45,381 bases of DNA. Source: a virus. Taxonomy: Duplodnaviria; Caudoviricetes. The position numbers were made by a program, and so were the translations under genes. The DNA is taken from positions 1 through 45,381 of IMG/VR virus record IMGVR_UViG_3300037589_000199. One strand, given 5' to 3'. A model generated the notes under the pieces. The model worked only from the letters and a program-made list of their open reading frames with translations. It did no database searches and was not told the origin of the DNA. Below are positions 8,955 to 18,291 of this stretch, in pieces (the first letter of the stretch is position 1; the number at the start of each line of letters is the position of its first letter).

Positions 8955-11900
8955 TACAGTTCAGTGTTGTTTTTGATTTCATTATAAACTTTTTCGGCTT
9001 CGTAGAATCCCCGCTTACCCAGTAGGCTAACATCTGCGCGGATGCCTTTGCTAATCTGCTTTTGAAGGCTGTTCATCAGGTCATTGTTTCGCCTGATCAA
9101 ATCCATTACCTCAGGATCCGGCTGTATAGAAGGAACAGGTACAGGACTCTTTTTCCTGGAATAACCTCCCCGTTGTCTTCCCGGAAGTGTGAAGAGCTCC
9201 ATACGTTTGGCCATTACCTTTTCCAAATTGATAGAGGAAATAGTACCGTTTCGCTGGGCGGTATCGATGGCATTGAGAACAGGACGGATTGTTGGATTTT
9301 GATAAGCTTCATTATTGGCGATGAATTCTGTTCCATTTTCGCCCACCAAAACCTTTGGCTTGTCAACGAAACCAGACCTGATGAAACCCCGAGAACGGAA
9401 CATTTTTTTGTCCTGGCTTCGTACCACATCCATGTACCCCCCATCTTCTGCCCCGGGTATCTCAGGAAGAGGTTCATTTCGAATTTTGGCGATTTGCAAT
9501 AAACCCATGCCTCCGATAATACCTGCTAAGATTGGCCCCATAACAGGACCGGCCGTAAGTGCAGAAGTGACCGCCTGGGCAGTGTTGACGATAGCGGCCA
9601 TAAGCGCAACATTGCGCTCACGCTTCGCCTGATTACGCTCATGAACCGCCGTCTTCTTGTCTAATTGCAGATTGAGCTCATCAACCTGTTCGTTGTATTC
9701 GTCCTGAGAGATGACTCCCTGGTCTAGTCGTTTCTTGAGCGCTGCCTGTTTCTGATCATTGATCTGCTTGTACTCCTGCAGTTCCTTTCGTTCACTCGCG
9801 GATTTAAATTCATTGTATTGCGTCCAAATCTGCCCGAGTGCGTTGGCAGCCTGGGCAATGTCATCCATGCGAACCTTGCCCCCTTCTAACCTGGTATAAA
9901 AAGCATCCCAATCCTCAGCAGAAAAACCAAGTACATCCACACCGGTGTTTCTCAAGCCTTCGTCCTCTGCTATCTCAGTTCCGGACTTAAGCCCAAGTTC
10001 GCTGAGCTTTTCCTTGATATCTGCAATTCGATCAGCAAGAACTTGACGCTCCTCGTCAGAAAGCAACTTGTCTGCAAGATCGAGGCCTTCGACCTCACCA
10101 CCAGCCATGAGAGAATTGAGCTGAGCCATGAAGCCTTGCAAATGCTCCTTGACCATCTGCTCCTCATCGCGGATAAATTTCTTATCTACTTCCTGTTGCG
10201 CCTGACGAAGATTCTTGAGCCCGTCCAATGCTTCCTGGGAAAGATCATCCTGAAGGAGCGCTTTGGCATCTTCGAGGGTTTTGATCTCCTTGTACTTCTC
10301 ATTGTTAAGCGTGCGGAGTTGCTGCAGCTCTCGTTCGAACCTCGATTGATTGTTATTGATGAAGCCTTCAACCGCCTCAGCGTCTAGTTGGTTGATATTG
10401 TTGTAATATTGCTCCTGCAGGGCTTCTCGGACGGTGTTTTCCTCAGCTGTAAGTTCGGTCACGTCTTTGCCATAGATCCCCGCCTGCCTAAGCCTTTCCT
10501 CATAAGCCAGCTTCTCCTGCTCTACGAGTGATTTTTGGCCGTCGATGATTTTTTGACGGTATTCAGCTTGCTGTTGGAGTTGTTTTTCTAGGTTTGATTT
10601 GGCGTTGGTTTTGGGCTTGATTGATCCTCCATTTGTAGTGGTAGTCGTAGTAGTGGTAGTATCATCATCCTCTTCAATGGAGGGATTTAATTTTTTGTTT
10701 AGATCAACATTTCTCTTAATGAAACCTGTAAGAAGTTCCTCCTGCGCTTGAAAATCAGCCTCCATGGCTTCCCTATTCTCTTTTCGGTACTGCTCGCGAA
10801 CATCATTGACCAAGGCTTCTTCATTACCGAAGCTCAATACTGCTAACTTTGTTTTTTGCCAAAAACTAAGCTCCTCAGCCTGCCCGGTCTTCAATGCCTC
10901 GATTCGTTTCTTTTGTAGTTCTACCAGTTCATCTTCAGCCGCCTGTACTGATGCTTTCTTAAGCAGAGAAGCAATGTAAGCGTCAGTAGCGTCAGTAGCT
11001 TCCTTGGTGTTAATTGTTTCCAGGGAAAGATTGCCCAGGTAGTCAGGAGATAACTTTTGAAGCGCTTGAATAGCCTTCAGTCTATCTTCATCAGACCTTG
11101 TCTTGTCTCGGGCTACTGCAAGCAATTGTTCCATTTCTAATTTTTCCCGAACTATGGATTTTTCAGCACTTACCTGAATATCATTCAATTTCCGCTGTGC
11201 TTTTTCAGCTGAAGTTAATCCTTTGCTATATTGATAAACTGCCACTCCTACAACAGCTATTATTGAAGCCAGTGCCACCCAAGGATTAATTTTTGCTACT
11301 GAGTTAAAAACCCTTATTGCTTGTGTCGCTCCTTTGATATTTCCAGCTAATACCATTTGCGCAGCGGCAAGCAATTGAGTAGATGCTAGCATGGCATTGT
11401 CCCAAAACACCTTTAGCTTAGCCTGTATAATTGCAATTTTGGTATAGGAATTACTTACAAGCAATGCAGTGCTATAACTTACCAAGGCTACAGTTAGGAG
11501 TGAAAGAACTCTCCAATTATCACTTACAAAATCAAAAAGCACAGATAAAATCCTGACAAAATAACTAAAGCCATTGGTACTTACTGTCATCACCGGCAAT
11601 AGCTTTTCACCTAACTCAACAACCATGTTTTGAAGGCCCTTTCTTGCCTTATCCAATTGTGCCTGAGCTGTCTCATTCTTTAATCCAAACTCTTCTGTTA
11701 GGCTAGTACCCTTTTCAAATGCCTGGTTAGATAATTCCTGCTGTTCTCTTAATAGTTGAGTATTATTAGCCAATGAACCTAAAACCCCAATCACCCTGCC
11801 TCCATCTTGGCCTAAATCACCAAGTGTTTCGGACAAACTGGTTAGCCCATCACTATTTCTTTTAACCCCTTCCAATACCCTGATAAATGCTTCATTGGCA

Positions 11901-13048
11901 TCCGTATCCAACAACTCTTTAAAGGCTTTCACATCCATCGATGCATACTTAGCAAAGGCATCCGAATTTTTGGCCATTTCTAAAAACAATTTGGATAGGG
12001 CCGTTGTGCTAACTTCCGATGTTTGACCAAGACTATCTAAAGTTGCAGCCATCCCCATTAATTTGGTTATATTGATATCTGCCAATGGTCCAACACCAGC
12101 CATTCTTCGTGTAAACTCTACAATATAGCCTTCGTTCGCAGTTGTGGCCATTCCTAACTGATTGATCGAAGAACCCACTTTTAATAAAGCTTGTTCAAGA
12201 GGTATATCCTCAGAAACCTTGAAAATATCTACTAATTTACCTACTTGAGTGATGGCAGATTCAACATCCCCTCCTAGATCTTCAGATAGGGCTACACCTA
12301 TCTGATCAGCAGCTCTGACAAACCCTAAAATATCTTCTTTTCCTTGTATACCTAATTTTCCCGCCACTCTAGCAAGGCCCAGTAAATCATTCTGTGATGT
12401 TCTACTATCAATTTTCTTTAATTCTTCATTCAACTCACGAACTTCAATCTTGGTAAGGTTGGTAGTTTTCATTACATCGGCTAGCTTATCATCAAATTCT
12501 GCAAAATCATTTATTGTTTTCCTAATTCCACTAATAGCAGCTATTAGTGAAGCAAAACCTGCAGTCATTACACCAATGTAATGATTAAACCTACCTGCCA
12601 TTTTCTGAAGTGAACTACCCGTTTCCCTTGCACGCCCATTTAATTCCTGGTATCTAGTATTAACCTGATTTAATCGTTTTTCATGCTCAATCCATTGTTT
12701 GGTATATGGCACCGCCAAATCCCGCAATCTCCGGATGCGGTACATTTCTCTTCTAAGATCCACCAATGACATCTTATTAACATCAACCTGAGAGCGCAAG
12801 GATTGCAATCTACTTTGAGCCAGGCTAAGTGCTTTATTTTTATCTTCTATGGCTTGATTTACAGCTTTGTACTGTTCAGAATTCAATTTACCTGACCTTC
12901 GAAGCTTCTTTTCGGAACGCTCTAGGGCTTGTAATTCTTTATTTGTGTCCTTTACTGCACGTTCAAGCTCCCCTATTTCTTTTTGGCCGCGATCACCATT
13001 GACTACGATATTGAGGACTAGATCCTCATCCCTAAGTTTTTTACCCAT
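8954..13048 (-). CDS. Phage tail tape measure protein (TP901-like core)
   Basis: 1364 aa, coiled-coil/Ala-rich; FDDKLADVMKTT...LARVAGKLG core; hydrophobic middle section. Confidence 0.92.
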   Translation of the reverse strand: MGKKLRDEDLVLNIVVNGDRGQKEIGELERAVKDTNKELQALERSEKKLRRSGKLNSEQYKAVNQAIEDKNKALSLAQSRLQSLRSQVDVNKMSLVDLRREMYRIRRLRDLAVPYTKQWIEHEKRLNQVNTRYQELNGRARETGSSLQKMAGRFNHYIGVMTAGFASLIAAISGIRKTINDFAEFDDKLADVMKTTNLTKIEVRELNEELKKIDSRTSQNDLLGLARVAGKLGIQGKEDILGFVRAADQIGVALSEDLGGDVESAITQVGKLVDIFKVSEDIPLEQALLKVGSSINQLGMATTANEGYIVEFTRRMAGVGPLADINITKLMGMAATLDSLGQTSEVSTTALSKLFLEMAKNSDAFAKYASMDVKAFKELLDTDANEAFIRVLEGVKRNSDGLTSLSETLGDLGQDGGRVIGVLGSLANNTQLLREQQELSNQAFEKGTSLTEEFGLKNETAQAQLDKARKGLQNMVVELGEKLLPVMTVSTNGFSYFVRILSVLFDFVSDNWRVLSLLTVALVSYSTALLVSNSYTKIAIIQAKLKVFWDNAMLASTQLLAAAQMVLAGNIKGATQAIRVFNSVAKINPWVALASIIAVVGVAVYQYSKGLTSAEKAQRKLNDIQVSAEKSIVREKLEMEQLLAVARDKTRSDEDRLKAIQALQKLSPDYLGNLSLETINTKEATDATDAYIASLLKKASVQAAEDELVELQKKRIEALKTGQAEELSFWQKTKLAVLSFGNEEALVNDVREQYRKENREAMEADFQAQEELLTGFIKRNVDLNKKLNPSIEEDDDTTTTTTTTTNGGSIKPKTNAKSNLEKQLQQQAEYRQKIIDGQKSLVEQEKLAYEERLRQAGIYGKDVTELTAEENTVREALQEQYYNNINQLDAEAVEGFINNNQSRFERELQQLRTLNNEKYKEIKTLEDAKALLQDDLSQEALDGLKNLRQAQQEVDKKFIRDEEQMVKEHLQGFMAQLNSLMAGGEVEGLDLADKLLSDEERQVLADRIADIKEKLSELGLKSGTEIAEDEGLRNTGVDVLGFSAEDWDAFYTRLEGGKVRMDDIAQAANALGQIWTQYNEFKSASERKELQEYKQINDQKQAALKKRLDQGVISQDEYNEQVDELNLQLDKKTAVHERNQAKRERNVALMAAIVNTAQAVTSALTAGPVMGPILAGIIGGMGLLQIAKIRNEPLPEIPGAEDGGYMDVVRSQDKKMFRSRGFIRSGFVDKPKVLVGENGTEFIANNEAYQNPTIRPVLNAIDTAQRNGTISSINLEKVMAKRMELFTLPGRQRGGYSRKKSPVPVPSIQPDPEVMDLIRRNNDLMNSLQKQISKGIRADVSLLGKRGFYEAEKVYNEIKNNTEL
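10634..10660 (-). repeat. Thr9 homopolymer linker in tape measure
   Basis: Nine Thr codons after EEDDD. Confidence 0.8.
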
Positions 13049-13427
13049 GGTTATTTTCTATTTCACGTTTAATCCCGTCCCTAACCTCATTAGTAAACTC
13101 TACCATCAATCTATTGGCAATCACATAATAATGCCCAAAAACAAACCTGTTATGTATAGGATAATTACGCTTTCTGATCCTCCTTCCATTTTTTATTTTT
13201 GGATTTTTCCTTAGGTCTAGAAACCTTTGATAAGCCTTGTGCTTAAATCTTAATTGGCCATCCATTCCACTCTCTGTACTTATTTTAAAGTCCCTTTCTC
13301 TTTCCAGAATACCAGTATGGAAGTGCAAAAGCTTCCTCATTTCTAAACCTTGATTTCTTTCTAGTCGCTGAGACTCTTCTCTGAGAATTTTTTGAACGAA
13401 TGCCTTTTTTATAATTACCCCTTCCAA
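13041..13427 (-). CDS. Phage protein (possible neck/tail completion)
   Basis: Basic 128 aa ORF overlapping tape measure start; TTG start. Confidence 0.65.
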   Translation of the reverse strand: MEGVIIKKAFVQKILREESQRLERNQGLEMRKLLHFHTGILERERDFKISTESGMDGQLRFKHKAYQRFLDLRKNPKIKNGRRIRKRNYPIHNRFVFGHYYVIANRLMVEFTNEVRDGIKREIENNHG

Positions 13428-13443
13428 ACCTTTATTTTTTTCA

Positions 13444-13479
13444 CTAAACTATCTTTCCCTATTAGCTTTACAAAGGACA
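13444..13479 (-). promoter_or_regulatory. Putative late promoter TGTCCTTT-N20-TAGTTTAG (tail operon)
   Basis: Repeated motif with exact spacing. Confidence 0.7.
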
Positions 13480-13995
13480 ATGTATTGGGGCTTTTCTGCC
13501 GAACCAGGCTATCCATTCATAGTCCTCGACTTTTAAGAAGTCTGTGGGCTAACCATTGCTATCCTTAAGCCAAGATCTAATTCATTATCCTAGCGCATAA
13601 TTTAATTAATGGTGGGATTTTATGGCTTTTTAGTGTTATTGGTGGGATTTGGATTGGTATAGTTAGAGGCTTTATTTTTATTAGGGGGGGCGGGGGATCA
13701 TATATCCTTTTGAAAACCAAGATTTGCAATTGCAAACCAATGTCGGGGCGGAGTCGGGGTCAATTCTGACTGAATTACTTTTAAAAAAAGTAACCAAAAC
13801 CTTAAACCACTGAAAATCAATTTTTTAAATTATTTTACAGTGTCAAAAACACCATGTTTTTAGCCTTTTTATAGGCCTATTTGGCCTTTTCATTAGAAAA
13901 AAGAGGTAAAATTTTATTTAACCCCACAGTCATTTAATTCACACTAAGCACAACAACATTTAATCATAACATACTAATAGACAGCTTTTAACATG

Positions 13996-14026
13996 TTTGA
14001 AACATATAAATATTTGCGTATATTTA
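13996..14026 (+). promoter_or_regulatory. Host sigma-type promoter TTTG-N19-TATATTTA
   Basis: Near-consensus Bacteroidota -33/-7 boxes about 40 nt before ORF 14068. Confidence 0.5.
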
Positions 14027-14067
14027 TATTAAGAAACAAACAAAAAACACCTTAAAATTCTCTAAAA

Positions 14068-14529
14068 ATGAAAGAGCAAACTAAAAGTAAAGTGATGGAA
14101 GTAAGCAAAACAAAAGAACAGCCTAAAAAGTCAGACAAGCCAACCATAACACAAACCAATGAAGTAGAAACACTAAAAAAGGAAATCGAAAAATTAAAAA
14201 GCCAATTGGACAACCAACCCGAAAGCTTAGAAGAAAAGATAAAATTTTTCCAACAAAAACAAGAAATGATAAAACGCCTCAGACTTCTAAATGACTATGC
14301 CGAAAACCTTTTGAATGTTCAGGAACAAATTAATGAATCTTTAAAAGAAAACGACGTCTTTTTATCAGATCATTTTCAATTAAAAATCCAATACAAACAA
14401 AATTCTTATGGTTCCCCAAAAGATGTTTTAACCATTGCCCACCCCAAATTAATTGGAGATGTTTTAGGCTTCGCCATTGGTAAAATTCAGGACAAAAGAA
14501 CAGAAATTCAAAACCAAATCAATGCCTAA
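14068..14529 (+). CDS. Coiled-coil hypothetical protein, first gene of ArdC/RadC cassette
   Basis: 153 aa ORF with A-rich leader. Confidence 0.8.
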   Translation: MKEQTKSKVMEVSKTKEQPKKSDKPTITQTNEVETLKKEIEKLKSQLDNQPESLEEKIKFFQQKQEMIKRLRLLNDYAENLLNVQEQINESLKENDVFLSDHFQLKIQYKQNSYGSPKDVLTIAHPKLIGDVLGFAIGKIQDKRTEIQNQINA

Positions 14530-14530
14530 A

Positions 14531-15013
14531 ATGGAGAAACCACAAAACCCAAAAAGAGCTGAATTAATAGCTTTAAGCAACGAAGCCAAGGAACTCAGGG
14601 AAACGATGGAAGAAGCATCAGAAACCGAAAATGAAGCCCTTTTTTGGGCTTCTAAAACCATCAACTATATGTTGCTAAACCATATGTATAATACTGATGG
14701 AGCTACAGAGTTTAATACCTTCAAACAATGGAAGGAACAAGGAGCAACAGTAAAAAAGGGATCCAAAGCATTTTTGGTATGGGGTCAACCCATCTATAAA
14801 AAAAATGACGAGGATAAGGAAGAAGAAAACCCAAATGACCCCGAGGAAGAATATAAATATTTTCCGCTTTGCTACTTGTTTTCCGATAAGCAGGTAATTA
14901 CGGCCGAAGAGCTAAGCCAGGAGCGAGAAGTAACCAAAAAAGAAAAGGTTTCAAAAGCCCAAGAACCAACAGAAAAATTTTTCAATTCCGTTAAACTAGA
15001 TATTGTATTATAA
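14531..15013 (+). CDS. ArdC-like N-terminal ssDNA-binding domain protein (antirestriction-like)
   Basis: FNTFKQWKEQGATVKKGSKAFLVW...YLFSDKQV motif; lacks the ArdC metalloprotease domain; start at 14531 or 14522. Confidence 0.8.
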   Translation: MEKPQNPKRAELIALSNEAKELRETMEEASETENEALFWASKTINYMLLNHMYNTDGATEFNTFKQWKEQGATVKKGSKAFLVWGQPIYKKNDEDKEEENPNDPEEEYKYFPLCYLFSDKQVITAEELSQEREVTKKEKVSKAQEPTEKFFNSVKLDIVL

Positions 15014-15657
15014 TGAAAACTTTAAGAGAACCTGCACAAACTTTATTAACATCTGGAAAAATGGCACTAAATGACAAAATGCTATTTTCTACAGCCTTTC
15101 AATTGCCAGACCAAACAGTAAATGAAATTTTTGATATGGCAAAAAATGAACTGGCAAATATTGCCAAACTTTCCTTTCATGACCTAATGAAGTTTAAAAA
15201 CATCGGAGCAAATAAAGCAGCTTCAATTGTGGCCAGCTTTGAGGTTGGGCGAAGAAGATATAAAATAGATCCTGCAAAAGCATTTAAAATTCAATGCTCA
15301 AATAATGCTTATGAATACATTAGACCATTTCTTTTAGATGAACAACAGGAGCATTTTTATATTCTAATGCTTAACAGGGCAAACAGGGTAATAAATCACA
15401 AGCTTATAAGTTCCGGAGGTACAGCGGCAACCGTGGTAGATTCCAAGCTAATTTTTAAATCTGCTATTGAGAACTATTCACAGGCCATTATATTAATTCA
15501 TAACCACCCAAGCGAAAATTTAAAACCTTCACAGGCTGATATTGCGATCACAAAAAAACTTGTAAATATAGGCAAGGAATTGGAAATGCCCGTTTTGGAC
15601 CATCTAATTTTTGCCAATAGTGGCTATTACTCTTTTGCCGATAATGGATTAATTTAA
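15013..15657 (+). CDS. radC: RadC/JAB-domain protein
   Basis: HhH (IGANKA), E...HNHPS...S.AD JAB motif, VLDHLI, YYSFAD. Confidence 0.92.
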   Translation: MKTLREPAQTLLTSGKMALNDKMLFSTAFQLPDQTVNEIFDMAKNELANIAKLSFHDLMKFKNIGANKAASIVASFEVGRRRYKIDPAKAFKIQCSNNAYEYIRPFLLDEQQEHFYILMLNRANRVINHKLISSGGTAATVVDSKLIFKSAIENYSQAIILIHNHPSENLKPSQADIAITKKLVNIGKELEMPVLDHLIFANSGYYSFADNGLI

Positions 15658-15737
15658 TTTACTTTCATTACTTAAACGTGAACTACTTACTAAGTAGGTA
15701 GTTTCGCGCACTGGAATCGGAATTTTTCCCCAGTCCC

Positions 15738-15759
15738 CCGACATCCGTCGGATTTTTTT
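15738..15759 (+). terminator. Probable terminator of ArdC/RadC cassette
   Basis: CCGAC-ATCC-GTCGG hairpin followed by T run, nested in inverted repeat 15722-15733/15787-15798. Confidence 0.5.
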
Positions 15760-15872
15760 ACAAAAATTAATACTACCGTATAGGCCCTGGGGAAAAATGA
15801 TTGTGTTGGTCTGCTTTTACCCTTCAACATTTCTCACCACCTGCTACAATAAATGTTGAATGGAAAAAGGCT

Positions 15873-16508
15873 CTAAGAATTTTCAAATTTTTCCCATCGA
15901 TTTTTGATTTCCTTAAACTCACAAAGGTGGTATATCTGTAAAAAACTATGTTCTGGATTTAAAAATAAACTAATTTCCTGATCTAAGAAATCTACTATTT
16001 TACTTGAACTTACAGACTTTTCAAAAATTATTGGATTACAATTATAATTGTGAAGCCACCCAGTAAAGTAATAATGATGGACATATTTCGTCTTCAATAT
16101 TATTCTTAATTGTCCAGCGAGGATATCAAAAAAATTCATAGTAACCCCATTTCCTTTACTCTCAATAGGGAAAGGTGAACTTCCATCGTAATTATCTTGA
16201 ACCCAATCTTTAAATCGATTAACCATATAAACTATTTTCCTTTGAAAAATTTCTTTTTCGCTATTGCTCTTATTCATTACTAACTTTATTTCTTCTAAAG
16301 AAATTAATAGCTTACGGATTTCTTTGTCTAATTTGTCTAATTTACCCCTGCACCATTTTATTATTTCTGGATCTTCCCCATCCTTTAATGATATTTTAAA
16401 AGTATGACGCGAATTTGCTTTTTGCCTAATGAGTTTATTCAAATAAATCATTTTATTCAATGAATTGGCCAATTTAAGCTCGGTAATTTCTTCCATCATA
16501 ATCAACAT
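15873..16508 (-). CDS. Hypothetical moron protein
   Basis: 211 aa AT-rich ORF with its own consensus promoter. Confidence 0.75.
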   Translation of the reverse strand: MLIMMEEITELKLANSLNKMIYLNKLIRQKANSRHTFKISLKDGEDPEIIKWCRGKLDKLDKEIRKLLISLEEIKLVMNKSNSEKEIFQRKIVYMVNRFKDWVQDNYDGSSPFPIESKGNGVTMNFFDILAGQLRIILKTKYVHHYYFTGWLHNYNCNPIIFEKSVSSSKIVDFLDQEISLFLNPEHSFLQIYHLCEFKEIKNRWEKFENS

Positions 16509-16522
16509 AAAATAGTATTGAA

Positions 16523-16554
16523 CAAATTTATTGCTTTTTTACATGGAAGGCAAA
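16523..16554 (-). promoter_or_regulatory. Host promoter TTTG-N20-TAAATTTG
   Basis: Perfect Bacteroidota -33/-7 consensus. Confidence 0.7.
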
Positions 16555-16584
16555 TTAAATACGTGCATGTATTGCTTTATTTGA

Positions 16585-16773
16585 TTATTTTATTATGAGC
16601 TTGTTCACCTCGACTTTCCTAAAACTCCAATCCTTATACTCAAATGGAAACTTTTTGGACTTGATGTATTCATAAGAAAATTCAGGATGGTGTTCACACA
16701 AAAGTTTCAGGTTCGACCAAAATTCTTCTTTTCCGTCAGTTTTGATTACAATAATATTTCTAAAAGAACCCAT
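16585..16773 (-). CDS. Small hypothetical protein (62 aa), probably leaderless
   Basis: TATATTTG -7 box (16784-16777) 3 nt before ATG 16773. Confidence 0.6.
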   Translation of the reverse strand: MGSFRNIIVIKTDGKEEFWSNLKLLCEHHPEFSYEYIKSKKFPFEYKDWSFRKVEVNKLIIK

Positions 16774-16948
16774 ATACAAATATAACCATATATTTATACA
16801 TAAAAAAAACACAGCTTTCACTGTGATAAAGATCAAATTAAGTTGGTTACAGAACTCTGATCACTCAATATAAAAATACTTTATCTTTCCACACTCTTTG
16901 CAAATTTCAACTATTACCCTGCCATCAAATTGACTCCTCTCACACTTT

Positions 16949-17380
16949 CTAAAATGACAAAGACATGGACCAGCCATTCCAACCTCCGAAAATATTGTAT
17001 TCCGGATCGATCGGTATATTTTCGGAGCTAAGTTGCCAAAATGGACCGCAGCCTTCTTCAAAGCTTTCAAGCACTTTGCTTCTAATTTCCAAGGTGATTG
17101 CCTGTGTTTTTTCATATTGATCAAGTTCCTCAACTTTAGTTTGACCTGTCCATCCTTTGCTAAGCACAAAAAATAAAGCACTATGATTATCTGAAATGCT
17201 CGAGGGATCAGATCCGGAAGCTGTTGTTGATGGTATCACGGCCACCAGCTGTATCCCCCTTTCGTCCTTTAGTGCATTCACCGCATGATTATCTTGTGCT
17301 ACTAGGTGATGACTCTCCAGTTCCTGAATTTCATCCACCCAGTTTTTACAAATGGAATTATAATCTATAATGCTTATCAT
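16949..17380 (-). CDS. Phage protein, possible tail terminator
   Basis: 143 aa acidic ORF, coupled in head-tail operon; GWSMSLSF C-terminus. Confidence 0.6.
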   Translation of the reverse strand: MISIIDYNSICKNWVDEIQELESHHLVAQDNHAVNALKDERGIQLVAVIPSTTASGSDPSSISDNHSALFFVLSKGWTGQTKVEELDQYEKTQAITLEIRSKVLESFEEGCGPFWQLSSENIPIDPEYNIFGGWNGWSMSLSF

Positions 17381-18291
17381 TTTCTTGACTTCCTTTTGAT
17401 CTCTTCATTTTGTTCGTGGCAATCTTTCATATACAACAGCACATCATATAGCCCCATTTTGTCTGTTTTTTCAACATCACCAAAGGGTCCCTCCTTTGCA
17501 ACTTGATGTAGTATAGTTACCCAACCACTTCCTGCAGGTCTACGATCTTCCGTTTCTTCACCGGAAAAGAGCCCTGAGAAGCTTACCACTTCACCGCCTA
17601 GTATTAACTCTTCTTTTTGTATATAATTAATCATAAAAGTGAACCATAGCAAGACAGCCGTTTTCAATACCTGAGAAACCTCATTGAAATAAACTGCATT
17701 CATTTCTATTCTTGCCCTGTTTAAAGGCTCTCTAATACTTCCATCAAAATCATCTCTTTTACTAATTAAGTCAAAATCCATCCGCTTTGGACGGTAAAGA
17801 CATGCCATCATTCTATTGAGGTCACTAGGCTCTTTTGTCCGGAAAAACTCTTTCATTTCCTCCAGGGCCGCCCTGAACTCCCCAAAACTCAGATCTGCCA
17901 ATAAATCTTGCGGTCCATGAAGCCTGGTCTTCCTGGATTGTAATACCGGAAAATGATTATAGATTGTTTCATAACAGATTTCAGTTTGGCCCTCTTCATT
18001 TTTTTTAAACATAAACCCACACAGCTGCTCTGCTAGCAAAACCACCTTACTGTTTTTTTCATCATACATTTCCTTACTCATCACCCTTTCCACAGCCACA
18101 GCCCTCACATTTCTTTTGATTCCTGCTAAATGATAAAAGCACCTTACCTTAGCTTCATCCAGACTTATAACACCTGAAGTACACATTGCGGCCTGTTTTA
18201 GGCAATATTGCCGTTGATCCGAATCCATTTCGTCCCAGTGAGAAGGGGTTTCAAGGCGAATATTTCTTTCTGATAATTCGAGTGTATTCAT
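17377..18291 (-). CDS. Conserved phage protein (possible tail assembly chaperone)
   Basis: 304 aa, ATGA-coupled; LYRP motif. Confidence 0.65.
   Translation of the reverse strand: MNTLELSERNIRLETPSHWDEMDSDQRQYCLKQAAMCTSGVISLDEAKVRCFYHLAGIKRNVRAVAVERVMSKEMYDEKNSKVVLLAEQLCGFMFKKNEEGQTEICYETIYNHFPVLQSRKTRLHGPQDLLADLSFGEFRAALEEMKEFFRTKEPSDLNRMMACLYRPKRMDFDLISKRDDFDGSIREPLNRARIEMNAVYFNEVSQVLKTAVLLWFTFMINYIQKEELILGGEVVSFSGLFSGEETEDRRPAGSGWVTILHQVAKEGPFGDVEKTDKMGLYDVLLYMKDCHEQNEEIKRKSRK

Noticed and set aside
16861-17181. 106-aa alternative-frame ORF with CxxC motifs
   Set aside because: Mostly overlaps 16949-17380; a short real gene at its 3' end cannot be excluded but is unsupported
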